A DNA stretch of 63,583 nucleotides, the filler included, from Octopus bimaculoides (taxonomy: Eukaryota), in NCBI RefSeq assembly GCF_001194135.2. It is 4 parts of 4 records of this genome, joined end to end, with 100 filler letters (N's around TTAATTAATTAA, not from the genome) between each part and the next. Parts side by side here need not be neighbours in the genome. Positions count along the whole stretch, not along the records: positions 49,577 to 58,066 come from NC_068986.1; positions 58,167 to 63,583 come from NC_068995.1; 2 more parts are not named here. One strand, 5' to 3'. Below are positions 49,746 through 63,583 of the stretch, in pieces. Under the pieces are notes generated by a model, which worked only from the letters and a program-made list of their open reading frames with translations, was not told the DNA's origin and ran no database searches. The position numbers and the translations under genes were made by a program. The first letter of the stretch is position 1. Each line of letters opens with the position of its first letter.

Positions 49746-52700
49746 GTGTGCGTGTGTGCGTGCGTGCATGTGTGTGTGTGTGCGTGTTTGCGCGTGTGCT
49801 TGTGTGCCCGTACGTGCGCTTGTGTGTGTGTGCATGTGTGTCTATCTATGTAAATATTATAATCGTGATTAGCCGTATTTTTACCCAAGATAGTTATGCC
49901 GTTCTCAGAAATCTTGCTGCCAACATTGAATCGAAAATCCAAACCGGTTTGGAAACCTGTTTCAGCATCCATGTATGTCTCATCAAATTTGAATTTGCTT
50001 TAGCTTTCTACAAAGACAAGTATTTACTAATGATGCATATAATCACTTAAATCATCAACGATGTATTAGCTACAGTTCCCTTAAAAGCGGAAAAATAATT
50101 GAAACTCGAACCAAGTCTGCGATCGAATTTTACAGGAAACATAATTATAATGCATTCATTACGTCGTAGTCTATTTCCTACCAATTTGTCGTCAACAATG
50201 ATATAGAATATCAATATTCCGTTTCTTGCTTTGACTAACAGAAAAGTAAATGTTTGAATATATTCGACCTCAATAAATTAGTGATGTGTATTATCACAAA
50301 CTCGGAGAGCCGAAGTTGTAAGACGGGCTTGGCAAATGTGAACTACAGAATGATAATGAATGTTATTAAACAAAGAAAAGAATTCATTTTACTTTGGACG
50401 TTTCAGCGCAGCCCTAAATTGATCGATGTCTCCTCCAATTCATATCACCATTGAATCAGACATTTTTCATATTAACTCAATGTTAATACCGAAGTGTAGA
50501 GCCCTGCTGTGACAGCTGTACTAGTGGAAGCGGACACGCGATCAACATAAAGCTATAAAGTGGTTGCGATTTTTGATGAAAATCATCTATATTCTCAAGT
50601 AGAACTTGTCTGAGCATGCGACACAATCACTTTGTTTCATCATTTTTATAAAATATAAGACTTTTGGGGCCATTTAAAAATTAATTATATGTTACAAATA
50701 TGCTATGTCATCGTCTGTATCATGTTTTATAATGAAGTTCTGACGAGCCGTCTATAATATTTCACAAATCAAACAGTAATTCCTTCTTTTGGCAATGAGT
50801 AGGATACAGGAATTGCGAGTAAAAATATTATGTCTCTGTTTTATGAGTTCAAACTCTCAATTAATTTGGAAATACTTCTAAAAAAAAGTATGTTGCGAAC
50901 AAAAATTGAATGTAATTACCACCTCTGTCTACTGCCTTAATTTATCTGCATTTAGATGAGACTTATAGTGAAAAAGAATATTAAATCTAATTGACTGGGA
51001 GTAATGATATGTTTTACTGCTTTGATCTAATATATTTTGTCAATTTGTTTTAAAAGTAAGCAGAAAATATCGCTTCGAATCATGTTTCAGTGTTTTTGCA
51101 GAAGCTGTACTAAAAGAATAGCAGAGTTCCTTTCCTGCATTCACTATTCCTAAGTGAATTAGCTAGGAAATATCTGTTAGATAAAAAAGTAAATATTTTT
51201 TTTTTATCGTACACCAGACAGATACGATTTATATCAGATAGTTGTCATGATAAGATATATCCATTAATGTATAAATATATAAAAAGGTTTACTTTTTATG
51301 TTTGGAAAAACAAAAAATAGAAGCAGTTATGGAAATAGTGAGACTATGTAATTAGTAGAAATTGTAATGCAGTATAGCTACCAGATATCATTTTATCGAG
51401 AGGTTGGTGTCTTTAAACGAAAAATGAAGAGAACTATTTCTAAACCCATTATCTTCATTAAATGAAACCTTGGTCAAAATGCCAACATTCGCTCCGCAAC
51501 AAATTATGTGTGATTAGTTATGTACGCACACACATACATACATATATGCATAAATACATGCACATACACACCCACACGCACAAAATTAAGCATATCTATT
51601 TATACTCTAGAATACTAGTGCTGATGAAAAGGCGTGTTTGATGCGAAGAGAAAATATGTTATCAGTGATTGACAAATATTTCAGATTGATAACCTTTCTA
51701 TTCCATTATAGTTGGTTAAACCAGTCATTTCTTTCATGTCGAATAGCGTTTATAATTAGGTTATATAATTATCATATTCATATACGAGTGTTTGAGCTAA
51801 ATCTAAACCCACTTTCGTCCTTAGCTATTGTAACAGTATAAAGCAGAAGGAATATTTGTTTATTTAAGCAGTCTTTCAATCTATTTTATTAAAGCAGGGT
51901 TGAAGTGAATGTTAGCCTAATTGCCTGAGTCCTTACCGCTTCTTTTCTTCTTTATCTTTTGTATTTATGTTGGTTGTTATGACTGTACCTCTTTGTTCAT
52001 AATGAAAACTTTACCAATAATAGCATATTACTTTCATTTTCATACTAAATGCGACCTGCAATTACTGACTTTGATGTTTAAGCGCTCATTTGTGATTTGC
52101 GATGTTTTACAATTATAATATCAAGAGGTTGATTGGTTTTTCCCTGTATCAAACCGAAAACAAGTGCATGGAAAATTATATATATATGAATGTTATAGAT
52201 TTCGAAAAGCTTTAACACTGGTAAAATTTCGACAGCCTGTAGTACTCATTATCAAGAATTATTTTGGTGTCATATCGGCCAGTGAGATATCGCTTACTCT
52301 CCTCAGATCTTCATAATAGCACAGTAGCGCAATACTTTTATCCAAAACATACAGATCTATAACAAATCACCAGAATATGATATTATAAACACTGCACCCC
52401 TACCACCACTCAGTTCAATCAAATATAAAATTACACAGAATAACAAGACAATCGATAATGTCTTTAGCCTAAACATTGTGCTGTCCTGCCTTCCTCTGCT
52501 GCAAAGTATAAAGGGAAATCAACACCCAAGCCTGATTTTGCTCTCTTCTGCTGTGACACATCCGGAATTTAGAAACTAACAAAATTAGATAGGAATTCAA
52601 AGAGTGGACAGCATTATACGATTAACTCCATATCGGAACGTGAAATAGGGTCCGTATGCACAAATGGAAGTTGAACAAATATGCAGCTTTCTGCAAACCC

Positions 52701-53106
52701 ATAATCGTGACATAATTTTCCATAACTAAAATTGATAAAAATTGACATAGTAGATTTGGTCCTATGAGCTTCTGTTTTACTTGACAAACCGTCGTTTCCA
52801 TAGAATATGAATAGATCCATCCTAGTATTCAGCTCTATGTTTTACAACTAATACTGCAATCTTTCGATAATTTTCACACAACTTCACTTACACCCAAATA
52901 TTTGTGGAGTGCCGAATTATTCGACTCCATCATTATCTACGTTATCCATAGTGTTTAATATCATTTTCTCTCCGTCTCTCTGTCTCTATTTAATTGTTCT
53001 TTTGCATTTCTGCAATTAGTTTGAATAGGTAAATCCCAGATGATTGTGGCCTAGTTGTTATCATAGTTCTTGTTTGGCACATGTTGGTACCATTTCTTGT
53101 TAGTTA

Positions 53107-53206
<100 letters not shown>

Positions 53207-53605
53207 TTATGTTTGACTTTTGTTTTGCATTTGTACNNNNNNNNNNNNNNNNNNNNNNNNNNNNNNNNNNNNNNNNNNNNNNNNNNNNNNNNNNNNNNNN
53301 NNNNNNNNNNNNNNNNNNNNNNNNNNNNNNNNNNNNNNNNNNNNNNNNNNNNNNNNNNNNNNNNNNNNNNNNNNNNNNNNNNNNNNNNNNNNNNNNNNNN
53401 NNNNNNNNNNNNNNNNNNNNNNNNNNNNNNNNNNNNNNNNNNNNNNNNNNNNNNNNNNNNNNNNNNNNNNNNNNNNNNNNNNNNNNNNNNNNNNNNNNNN
53501 NNNNNNNNNNNNNNNNNNNNNNNNNNNNNNNNNNNNNNNNNNNNNNNNNNNNNNNNNNNNNNNNNNNNNNNNNNNNNNNNNNNNNNNNNNNNNNNNNNNN
53601 NNNNN

Positions 53606-53700
<95 letters not shown>

Positions 53701-54195
53701 TTGACACAGGCTTTGTTGGAGCTCTTGGAGTTTTGTATGCGTTGCGGGCTTGCTACCTCCAGCCTGCGGTACCATTCCGTCCGTTCTTTTCAGCTATCTA
53801 GTACTATCCTGATTATTCTGGCCGTACCAAGGAAGCAAACCTTTTGTAACAGTTCCACTAGAAACCCTATTGCAATTTCCTTTATATTCTTGATGTCTAC
53901 TGATATTTTTCTCAAGGACCCAACAATAATTGGCACTATCTTCACCGTTTTCAATTTCATAACCGGGATATTTCGTACTTATTTATTTATCTTTTCACCT
54001 TCTTTCTTGAAGATTCATTGGTCAAACGGGCATGCAACATCAACAATACATAATATGTGGTGTATCTTGCACACCACCACTAAGTCCGGTCTGTTATACT
54101 TTAGTACATTATCTGTTTGGTTTGGTAAATCCCTGAGGACTTTGCTCGTCTCCGATTCCACCACTCTCTGCGATTTGAGATCATTGTTATAATTA
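53701..54195 (-). mobile_element. R4/Dong-like (RLE) LINE 3' fragment ending in (TAA)n
   Basis: VVESETSKVLRDLPNQTDNVLKYNRPDLVVV...IVDVACPFD...EKINKY...VPIIVGSL...CFLGTARIIRIVL*: restriction-like endonuclease RPD..D motif, 3' UTR, then the (TAA)n array at 53606-53700. Confidence 0.85.
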
Positions 54196-55060
54196 TTCCT
54201 TCGTAACACAGTGTATGTAAAAATGCACCGGAATTTTTAGTCATCTGTCAAGTCACAACAAGGACCTCAAGCAGATAATACTTTCCTTAAGATGTGCGCT
54301 GTGCCTAATAAGGCTGCATTTCGCAAGACATTAGTCTTGCATGGGATTTCCAGTTGCCTTAAGAAGTATTGAAGTTTCAATCGGATTGAGCCCAGCGCAC
54401 CGATCACCACTGGTCTCACTTTTACATTACCATCACGCATTCTTTACAGTCTTGCCATTTCCACTTTCAATTCAGAGTACTTTGTGGTTTTTTTCAACAT
54501 CTTTACTCACAGCATTCATGTCATTTGATATGGCTACGTCAATGATCTGACAGTATTTGTTTCTCTTATTCAATATGACAATATCCGGTAACGGTGTTCA
54601 ATTACACGATCCGTCTGAAAATCACAGTCCCAGAGTATCGTTACTTTTCCATCTTCCTGCATAACTTTACTTGGTACATGCTCATACCAGTTCTCTGTTA
54701 CTTCATATTGGTATTTACGGCATAAGGGCCAATGAAGACATACATGCACTTTATCGTGGTGGCGCTTGTACTCTTTTTGTGCAAGGCTCTCACACCCACT
54801 TACCAAATGGGTCACATTTTCCACACTCTTTCCACAGAGTCTGCATTTCTGGGTGTCAGAAGTGTTATAGATGTTTATACTTCACTGATTTGGTAGCGAG
54901 AGCCTGGTTTTGTGCAGCAATGATCAGGCTTTCGGTGGTACGCTTTAAATCATCTCACTCAAGCCATGCCCACGATGGTATATTATCCTTAACGTCTTGT
55001 GTATTCCTTTCAATATTTTTTTAGAATTCTTACAGACGGAAATTTTTTGCAAGTTGTCAT
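54196..55060 (-). mobile_element. Second R4/Dong-like LINE fragment (CCHC knuckle plus RLE domain)
   Basis: LKRTTESLIIAAQNQALAT...ENVTHLVSGCESLAQKEYKRHHDKV...HWPLC...WYEH...ILWDCDFQTD...PVVIGALG...ALLGTAHILRKVL, with frameshifts. Confidence 0.88.
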
Positions 55061-55399
55061 AACGTGACCTTCCAATATCTTTCAGCGTCTTAGGTAGTGG
55101 TCAGATGTTGTGCTAAGTGCACCAATTACCACAGGTACAATTTTTACCTAGTATTTTGCAACTTATTCATCTCTTGCTGATTAAATCCTATCTTCCCATT
55201 TTGTCAGTTTATATGATATCCACTCGACTACTGTATGGTATTGCAATGTTTATGATCTTACACTTTTCTTTTTCTCTTCAACGAATATATCTCATCTGCT
55301 AATTCAAATATATTGCCAATATTTATGGAAAAAATGCCATAAAATCCTTAAAATATAATGCACCATGAAAGCACCAGTTTCGTTACGTCACACTCACAA

Positions 55400-55990
55400 A
55401 TTTCAAATAACGGAATTTGTGTCAAATTGTTCTTGTCCAATGGCTTCATTTATCGACACAATTATGCCAACGTTTATACTCTGTTCTAGCTTATTGTGCT
55501 CCCGTAGAAGGTAGCTAATTTTTTTTACCCCTTTCCCACACATTCTGTGTTTGCTGTCTGACTTTGATTTTTTCAAATCGTTGCCTTTATCAAATTCGTT
55601 ATAGTGGCTTTGTTCCTTCACGGCTATAATTAATGATTTATTTTTTTATTTTAGATTCAAGTTATTCTCTCAGCCATATCAAGCATTTTTCATTTCAAGC
55701 ATCCTTCGTTTGTTACATGAATTGGCTATACGGTCCCTTCTTTTATAGTTATTTATCATTTTGTTCTTTCTTTTCCTAAAATATCTTGTTCTTTCTTTCA
55801 ATGACTTTTTCGATGCTTCTAGCTACAGATAATAGTCTTTCCACGCGATGCACAAAATTGTTATTCAAACCCAAAACTGCAATATTGATGTTGTCTTCGG
55901 CATTTTGCAAATCTCTGCCAACTTCTGTTCTTAACAAATAGAGCCTGTCGATATTACTTTTAGGGTAATGTGCATTATGCATTATGAGCA
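55400..55990 (-). mobile_element. Older R4/Dong-like LINE fragment (post-RT region)
   Basis: MHNAHYPKSNIDRLYLLRTEVGRDL resembles the HPKSDVDRLYxxRxxGGRGL motif; heavily decayed downstream. Confidence 0.7.
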
Positions 55991-57547
55991 GCTTCTAATT
56001 CATTTATTTTTGTTGTTATTATTGCTATCAACATTATTATGTGTGCAATATCTAGTTTCAGACATACAAACAGTAAAACGTGTATAGATACACAGATACA
56101 ATGTAAATAACAACATATTAATATATAAATTGGTTACAAGAAAGTAATAAACAAGCTAAAACAGAGTTATGCTACCCTAAGTTCAGATAACCACGCTTAT
56201 ACATGGATTGATATGAGTGTAGCCGCGTGTGGTTTTCTATAACAATGCATAAATATAACGAAAGAGTAAATATCGTGGTTGTGCGTGAGTTTATGTGTGC
56301 GAGTGTTAAAGGTGTGTGTGTGTGTATTTGCATGTGTGTGTGTTTGCATGTGTGTGTGTGTGTGAGTGTGTGTGTTATTAAGCCAAAAGAGCAAGACGCA
56401 AGGAGATACAGAGAGCAAAAATAACACAGTCAATAGTTAGTTTTATTTTCTCCAGATATATATCTCTTCTTAAATATAAATTTATTACACATTTTGTTCT
56501 ACTTTCTGCTACAATTGAGATCAGTAATAAGTCAAATCAATCTGATGGAAATACGAAATCTTTCACAGAGAATTTATGTTTAGAGAGAAAAAAAATAACT
56601 ATTTAAATCTTAAAGAGACTTTTGTCAGATAAATGTTATTTATTTACTTGAGGAGAAGTTTCAAACAGCCATTTTAGATTCACAAATTATGACGGTTCAC
56701 AGAATAAAATTGATTTTATATTAATATCTTTCAACTTCTAACTATCCTTTTGTACAACATTCGACATTTCCACTGGCTTTATTAAGTTTATTTACTTGCT
56801 GTTTTTTAGTCCATGGATGAACAACATAAGTACTGATTCCTTTTAAGTAGTTTTCTTTTCGTTTTTGATTCTTTGATGTTAGAGTAGAAGAGAGTCAGCC
56901 ATAGTTGTTTCGATTAGAGAATATTGCTTTGACCAAGGAAGAGAAAAACATGTTTTCACTTCATAGGAAAAAAAGTTATATTAATCTTTCTTAATTTGTA
57001 AAACAAAATATATTCCCTTTCCTCTGTCGTTTGATCAAATTGTAATGCATGGACATACATTATAAAAAGCCACCATAATTATTGGGGAGATTTTCCAGTG
57101 AATATAACAATTATGATTTATCCTATAAATTATTGTAATGGAACCTGCCATCTTTAGGAACACTAACCAGTTCTTAACTGTGCAAAAATATTTTATTACA
57201 ATAGTCTAAATCTTACAAGTTAAAATTTGCTTTGTATTTCTATAAGCTAATATGCTGTTGGAAATTGTTTACGAGAGTTATCATGTATTTAAAAATCTGG
57301 CCCTGTTTAACGACTACCTGATAAGATTAGCGCAGTACTCATCGAATAATGAATACTAGTTTATAATAGTTTGCGACGAAGACACTCAATAAATTGTTTT
57401 TATTGTTTTAAGAGAGAGTAAATAAGCATTTCGAATATTCATACACGTTTTACAAAGTAATTTGAAAGTAAATGATATTAACTTACTGTAATTTCAAAAG
57501 GACGCTTGATACCGGTGTCTGCAAATGCACACTCAACAGCCAGTTAC

Positions 57548-57581
<34 letters not shown>

Positions 57582-57653
57582 CTCTGTGGACAGCTGACAC
57601 CTTCTATCATACCAAGAAAAATAAGCTGTGAGTTTTCATCACATAATAAAAGC

Positions 57654-57709
<56 letters not shown>

Positions 57710-57720
57710 TAATAATAATA

Positions 57721-58066
57721 GATGACAATGTTTCTCTAAAAGAAATGGAGAAACTTTCAAAATACAAAGACCTGGAAATAGAGGTAACTCGAATGTGGAG
57801 TCTAAAAACAGAAACAATTCCTATCATAGGCGCATTAGGTTTGATAAAAAAAAATATTCAGACAAATAATTAACAAAAACACCAGGACTCACAAATATAT
57901 ATAACATACAGAAAATTGCACTACTGGGCACTGCACACATCCTACGCAAAACACTTTCAATACAGTAACCATAAGAACATCGCAGCAAACCACAGCACAT
58001 ACCCAAGGCACACAGAGCTGCGCTCGGTAGTGAAGTGAAAGCACGCTATAAAAAAAACAAAACTAC
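57721..58066 (+). mobile_element. R4/Dong-like LINE 3' fragment inserted at an (AAT)n array
   Basis: DDNVSLKEMEKLSKYKDLEIEVTRMWSLKTETIPIIGALG...QKIALLGTAHILRKTLSIQ*, directly after (AAT)n at 57653-57720; runs into a gap. Confidence 0.88.
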
Positions 58067-58166
58067 NNNNNNNNNNNNNNNNNNNNNNNNNNNNNNNNNN
58101 NNNNNNNNNNTTAATTAATTAANNNNNNNNNNNNNNNNNNNNNNNNNNNNNNNNNNNNNNNNNNNN
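58067..58166. other. Scaffold-join gap with TTAATTAATTAA linker
   Basis: 44 N + 12-mer (58111-58122) + 44 N. Confidence 0.95.
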
Positions 58167-59295
58167 ATCTGTCTTAGTTTCGGCTTGTCTACACTACCTA
58201 ACTTCCTCTCTAACTCCAATCTCTCTGTCTCTTTCACATTGTACATTACGTATATATGCATACACTGACACACACACCAACACACTCACACATGCACACA
58301 CTCACACATACACACACACACACGCACACACACACACACACACACACGCACACACGCGCACACATACATATATGTAGCTTCCTTTCTCTTCCGCTACTTC
58401 ATTATCTTTCTCCCTCATTTTTCAGAGGCCATGTTGTGTGATGAATGAAGGCAATAAATTTTCTCTGATAATCAAACGCCTTTCAAACTTTTAATAACTT
58501 CTTTTTATGATACAAATTAGCCCCCATACACTGCGAAAACAAGCAACTATGAACATCATAAAACAAATTGCAAATGAGAAATTTCAGAACGCTGAAACGC
58601 ACTTATCTCATTGCTACCCGCCACACAAAAATATTAACAAAACAAACATAGAAATATAATAGAAATCCAAAAAAGCCCCTCCAAGAACGACCAAAATTTT
58701 CTGCTAATTTATTTTTATTTTTGTATTTTTCAGTCTTTTCCATTTTTGTTTTTATATAACCTTTGATGTTAAGTTATTTATTCGGCTAACAGTGTTGTAA
58801 TTACTTAGGCTATTTCAGTATTAAAGTATTCAAATAAAGTGTACCACTAAAACATTGTATGTAGCCTTTTCTGGAACACCACTTATAAAAATCTGTGTGT
58901 TTGTTGCTGTAGAAATGACTGGTGTTGTGGTTTCAGATATTGGCTTTTGGCTGCATGTAAAGCATTATAAATGTGTTTATGTACATACATAGAAGCACAC
59001 AAATTTATTGATGGAGATAACTGTAACTTCGAAGTTCGAAAAGCCAATTTCACCTTTCTTTAGTAACTAAATTAGAAATACCTCGCTATTTTTAGCACTT
59101 ATTAATGATTCCAGTAATTATTTTTACGCTTTTAATTATTTAATCGTAAATACATTTATAAACGACTATGCCGAAATCTGCATATGCTCGTATATGAATG
59201 TATGTATGTATGTATGTATGGTTGTATGGTTGCATGTATGTATGTATATATATGCATGTATATATGTATGTATGAAAATATACGTACATACATGC

Positions 59296-59328
<33 letters not shown>

Positions 59329-60296
59329 CACTCACACCCACACATATCTATAGGCACCCTACAACGAATCTTCTGTAGCTCTGCGTTGGCAAGACTTGAA
59401 GAAATATAGAAAAAAAAGTGAAAGGGGTACAGTAAACTTGTATATGTATACATATATATATANNNNNNNNNNNNNNNNNNNNNNNNNNNNNNNNNNNNNN
59501 NNNNNNNNNNNNNNNNNNNNNNNNNNNNNNNNNNNNNNNNNNNNNNNNNNNNNNNNNNNNNNNNNNNNNNNNNNNNNNNNNNNNNNNNNNNNNNNNNNNN
59601 NNNNNNNNNNNNNNNNNNNNNNNNNNNNNNNNNNNNNNNNNNNNNNNNNNNNNNNNNNNNNNNNNNNNNNNNNNNNNNNNNNNNNNNNNNNNNNNNNNNN
59701 NNNNNNNNNNNNNNNNNNNNNNNNNNNNNNNNNNNNNNNNNNNNNNNNNNNNNNNNNNNNNNNNNNNNNNNNNNNNNNNNNNNNNNNNNNNNNNNNNNNN
59801 NNNNNNNNNNNNNNNNNNNNNNNNNNNNNNNNNNNNNNNNNNNNNNNNNNNNNNNNNNNNNNNNNNNNNNNNNNNNNNNNNNNNNNNNNNNNNNNNNNNN
59901 NNNNNNNNNNNNNNNNNNNNNNNNNNNNNNNNNNNNNNNNNNNNNNNNNNNNNNNNNNNNNNNNNNNNNNNNNNNNNNNNNNNNNNNNNNNNNNNNNNNN
60001 NNNNNNNNNNNNNNNNNNNNNNNNNNNNNNNNNNNNNNNNNNNNNNNNNNNNNNNNNNNNNNNNNNNNNNNNNNNNNNNNNNNNNNNNNNNNNNNNNNNN
60101 NNNNNNNNNNNNNNNNNNNNNNNNNNNNNNNNNNNNNNNNNNNNNNNNNNNNNNNNNNNNNNNNNNNNNNNNNNNNNNNNNNNNNNNNNNNNNNNNNNNN
60201 NNNNNNNNNNNNNNNNNNNNNNNNNNNNNTATGTATATATCTACTCTCATATTTACTTATATATACGTATGTATGTTTGTATGTATGTATGTATGC

Positions 60297-60510
60297 TATT
60301 TCTTTACTACGCACAAGGGGCTACACACGGAGGGGACAAACAAGGACAAACAGATTAAGTCGATTACATCGACCCCAGTGCATAACTGGTACTTATTTAA
60401 TCGACCCCGAAAGGATGAAAGGCAAAGTCGACCTCAGTGGAATTTGAACTCAGAACGTAGCAGCAGACGAAATACCGCTAAGCATTTCGCCCGGCGTGCT
60501 AACGTTTCTG
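60297..60510 (-). mobile_element. Family A SINE with the alternative (type 2) tail
   Basis: Body matches family A; the tail reverse complement TTGTTTGTCCCCTC.GTGTGTAGCCCCTTGTG matches 34035-34070. Confidence 0.88.
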
Positions 60511-60970
60511 CATGTATATACGCATGCATGCATATAGTGAGGGGTAAATTCAACCGAATTTCATAGCACACTGTAACTTCCTTGTAGTTTAATAGTAAAG
60601 GTTCGCTTTTCACCTTATTTAAAATGATTTCCTCAAACTCGATACTACCGAACACCTAAAATACTGAACTGCCANNNNNNNNNNTCTTGATGCCGTTATC
60701 TCAAAAAACGGTGTGTGTTTTTTCCCAAGGTCTCACATTATAAACATTTGAAGAAACCTTGGCTCCATTCATCCCGTTTTATGGAATCACTATGGGAAGT
60801 TTCGAGCAGTGCTAATGGCGACATGTTTATGTCTTGAACAGTGGGTGGTGTTCTGGTTTCAACTAGTTAAGGTTTTCAGAAACAGAAGGGATTAAAATTT
60901 TTCTTTCTTTCATTTTTATGACATATTGCTGAGGTTACAATTTTCTCGGTACGTTTGTGTGTGTCTGTGT

Positions 60971-61023
<53 letters not shown>

Positions 61024-61070
61024 TGCAGCAGCAACAGCAGTAATTGTAGTAGTGGTAGTAGTAGTAGTAA

Positions 61071-61109
<39 letters not shown>

Positions 61110-61141
61110 CAGCAGCAGCAGTAGTAGTAGTAGTAGTAGTA

Positions 61142-61235
61142 GAACTCAAGACAACAGAGAGCCCGGTCCGGGAATCGAACTCATTGCTTCATGATTGGCA
61201 ATCCGACGGTTTAACTACTGAGCCATGCGCCTATT
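61142..61235 (-). mobile_element. tRNA-like SINE head (family C-like), truncated at (AGT)n
   Basis: Reverse complement GGCGCATGGCTCAGTAGTTAA...GAGTTCGATTCCCGGACCGGG: A- and B-boxes, but no complete cloverleaf. Confidence 0.65.
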
Positions 61236-61955
61236 CAAACAGAAGAAATATGATGTAATGGGTGACACAAACAGATCCTTCAATGATAGGTGCCATTCTT
61301 TGTAAGGGCTTCCATGCTGTTTCCGCTTACACAATTTCGGCTCACAGAGCTCGTGAAGACATGAGGCTATGGTCACTGATAAATACTCGTGATGACTCGC
61401 AGTGAGATCGAATTCGAGAACTCGTTATTCAGAAACGAAATTTTAAATCATTTTCTCATCCTGGGCCCATACCACACGACTGGCAATTCACATTTTGTCG
61501 GCTGATAAAAGACGTCAGATTTTAACATTTAAAACTGCAATAAATAACACAGAAAATAAATAAATAAATAAATAGACGAAATATTACAAATTACCATAAT
61601 TAAAAGCTACGAATGAAACTCTGAAATACTAAATAAGAGTCATTAATAAAATTCAAGTCAAGTCCTCGGGGAGTAACAAATGTGATCTGAAGTCGGAAAT
61701 ATAGGGATTTGTGGGGGGACTTAGCGAATTCCGTCTGTCTAGTGGGATCTCTGAGTCACTGAAGCTTGAAAATATGAAATTGCTCAGACTTAAAAACAAA
61801 ACGCACTTCTTACATTAATGCAAATTCGAATTAATTGTCAGTTAAATATATGTGTGGGTATTAAATATTTTCCTAATGGGGAGGAGGTGCTGCTACTGCC
61901 ACTACTGCTGCTGCTGCTGCTGCTATTACGACTACTACTGCTGCTGCTGCTGCCA

Positions 61956-62027
<72 letters not shown>

Positions 62028-62140
62028 TCATTAAGGTGTTTTGCACGTGTTTCTGTTGTTTGGCTGCTACCATCATGTTATTATTATTATTATTATCATT
62101 ATTATTATTATCATTATTATTATTATTATGATTATTATTA

Positions 62141-62350
62141 AGGTGGCGACCCGGGTACAATTGTTAGTACGCCGGGCGAAATGCTTAGCGGTATTCCGTC
62201 TGTCTTCTCGTTCTAAGTGCAAAATTCGCCGATGTCGACTTTATCTAGCATCCTTTCGAATTCCATAAAGTACGTACCAGTTGAGTACTGGCGTCGATGT
62301 AATCGACTTACTCCTGCCGCCCTACTAGCTATTCTTGTGCCAAAAATTGA
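62141..62350 (+). mobile_element. Family A SINE, degenerate
   Basis: AAGGTGGCG...GTTAGTACGCCGGGCGAAATGCTTAGCGGTATT...GATGTAATCGACT...TTGTGCC. Confidence 0.8.
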
Positions 62351-63583
62351 AACCATTAATATTATGAAAAAGAAATCTTTTAATGTACAGACGAAACTCT
62401 AAGCTGAAGAATAAACTACGGTAATTAAATATTCGATTTTCTCTTTTAAAATTCACTAAATTTACGAATGAAAATGTATTTCCCAGCATTTCCGAATATT
62501 AACAGAATATTTCATAAGTAACACTAGCATCACCAAGAGGTCTACAACCACATTGTGCAACATGGCGACTTAACTGGGGAAAAAAACAATGAATAAAATA
62601 TATAGAGTATAATAATGTGTAATGGCTGAATATTGGGGGTCTATATTCTATTAGGCGCCAAATCAGCTAAAAGTTGTCGAAGCATTTAGAAGGGAGACTG
62701 GATGCGTAACGGAATTATTCCATATCTGAAGGTTTCATGCTGATGGCTTCAAGAGAAATTTAACTAGTCAACCGAGAATAGCGGATTTGTGGTATGGTCT
62801 GAAGAAGGAATTATAAATTAGTATGCGTGGAGTATGTAATCCAAAGATATTCCGAGAGACTACAATATGTGTGTGTGTATATACATATATATATATATAN
62901 NNNNNNNNNATTATAAATTAGTATGCGTGGAGTATGTAATCCAAAGATATTCCGAGAGACTACAATATGTGTGTGTGTATACATACATGTATATATAAAG
63001 CACGCAGGTGCATACAAATTAACCAGTGTACATTCATGCACACGCACATTAGAAAACATGTATAAGTGCGTGTATGGTTATATGTGTGCGTGTGTGTGAG
63101 TGTGTACATACGTCAAAAATATATACATATACGTGTTTATGTTTGTGTCTGCACGCGTGTGGGAGTTCGAGAGAGTGTACGCATACATAGATACATACAT
63201 ACACACACATACATACACGTACATACATACATACATGCATACACATGCATACGCATGCATACACATACACACATACATACATACATACACATACACACAC
63301 ATACACACACATGCACACATACACGCATACATACATGCATACATACATATACACATACATACAGTGCATTAAATATAAAGTGAACTGTACTTCCATTTGG
63401 CTTAACCTTAACGCTTCTAGTGTAAGTAACCGTAAACAAAGGCAAATTATTAGTTTTATCAACCAGATTAAAAATATAGGCAAACCATATTTTTAAAAAT
63501 TATTATCCAATAAAACCTTTATAGTGCATCATTAATTAATTATTTCATTACCTAATGAGCATACATAAAAATAAATGCATGCA

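Noticed and set aside
52470-52830. Non-repetitive stretch with ORF 52614-52820, possible exon of a second gene
   Set aside because: No recognisable domain and no convincing splice-site pair on either strand.
61142-61235. Possible functional tRNA gene
   Set aside because: A- and B-boxes are present but no consistent cloverleaf; matches the SINE head at 36102.
62811-62985. Exact ~70-bp direct repeat around a 10-N gap
   Set aside because: Same contig-overlap artefact; the copies differ only in the adjoining microsatellite.

Overview
Eukaryotic, AT-rich, microsatellite-saturated genomic DNA. It is most likely an octopus (coleoid cephalopod) scaffold; this is inferred from the repeat landscape and was not searched. 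The only host gene I can support is the 3' end of PIKfyve/Fab1 (PI3P 5-kinase): ten plus-strand GT-AG exons between 2661 and 18124 that splice into one open frame encoding the complete PIPK kinase domain and the stop codon. The rest is transposon-derived or low complexity. It includes a Ty3/Gypsy integrase remnant, two mariner elements (one full length with both TIRs), several tRNA-derived SINE families, RTE-, R4/Dong-, HERO- and Tx1-like LINE fragments, a Penelope-like GIY-YIG remnant, a foldback MITE and many simple repeats. Three 100-bp gaps carry an artificial TTAATTAATTAA linker, so the window is four stitched pieces. The most interesting signal is in the kinase N-lobe. The genome encodes GGKS-R-S and D-N-RF where human, fly and yeast Fab1/PIKfyve (recalled sequences) have GGKS-G and D-D-RF. 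Each difference is a single codon-first-position A that A-to-I editing would convert back (AGA>GGA, AAT>GAT), and both exons lie near long intronic inverted repeats able to form dsRNA. This is a testable hypothesis of restorative RNA editing, not a demonstrated one. I found no novel protein-coding system; nearly all short ORFs in the track are microsatellite or gap artefacts.
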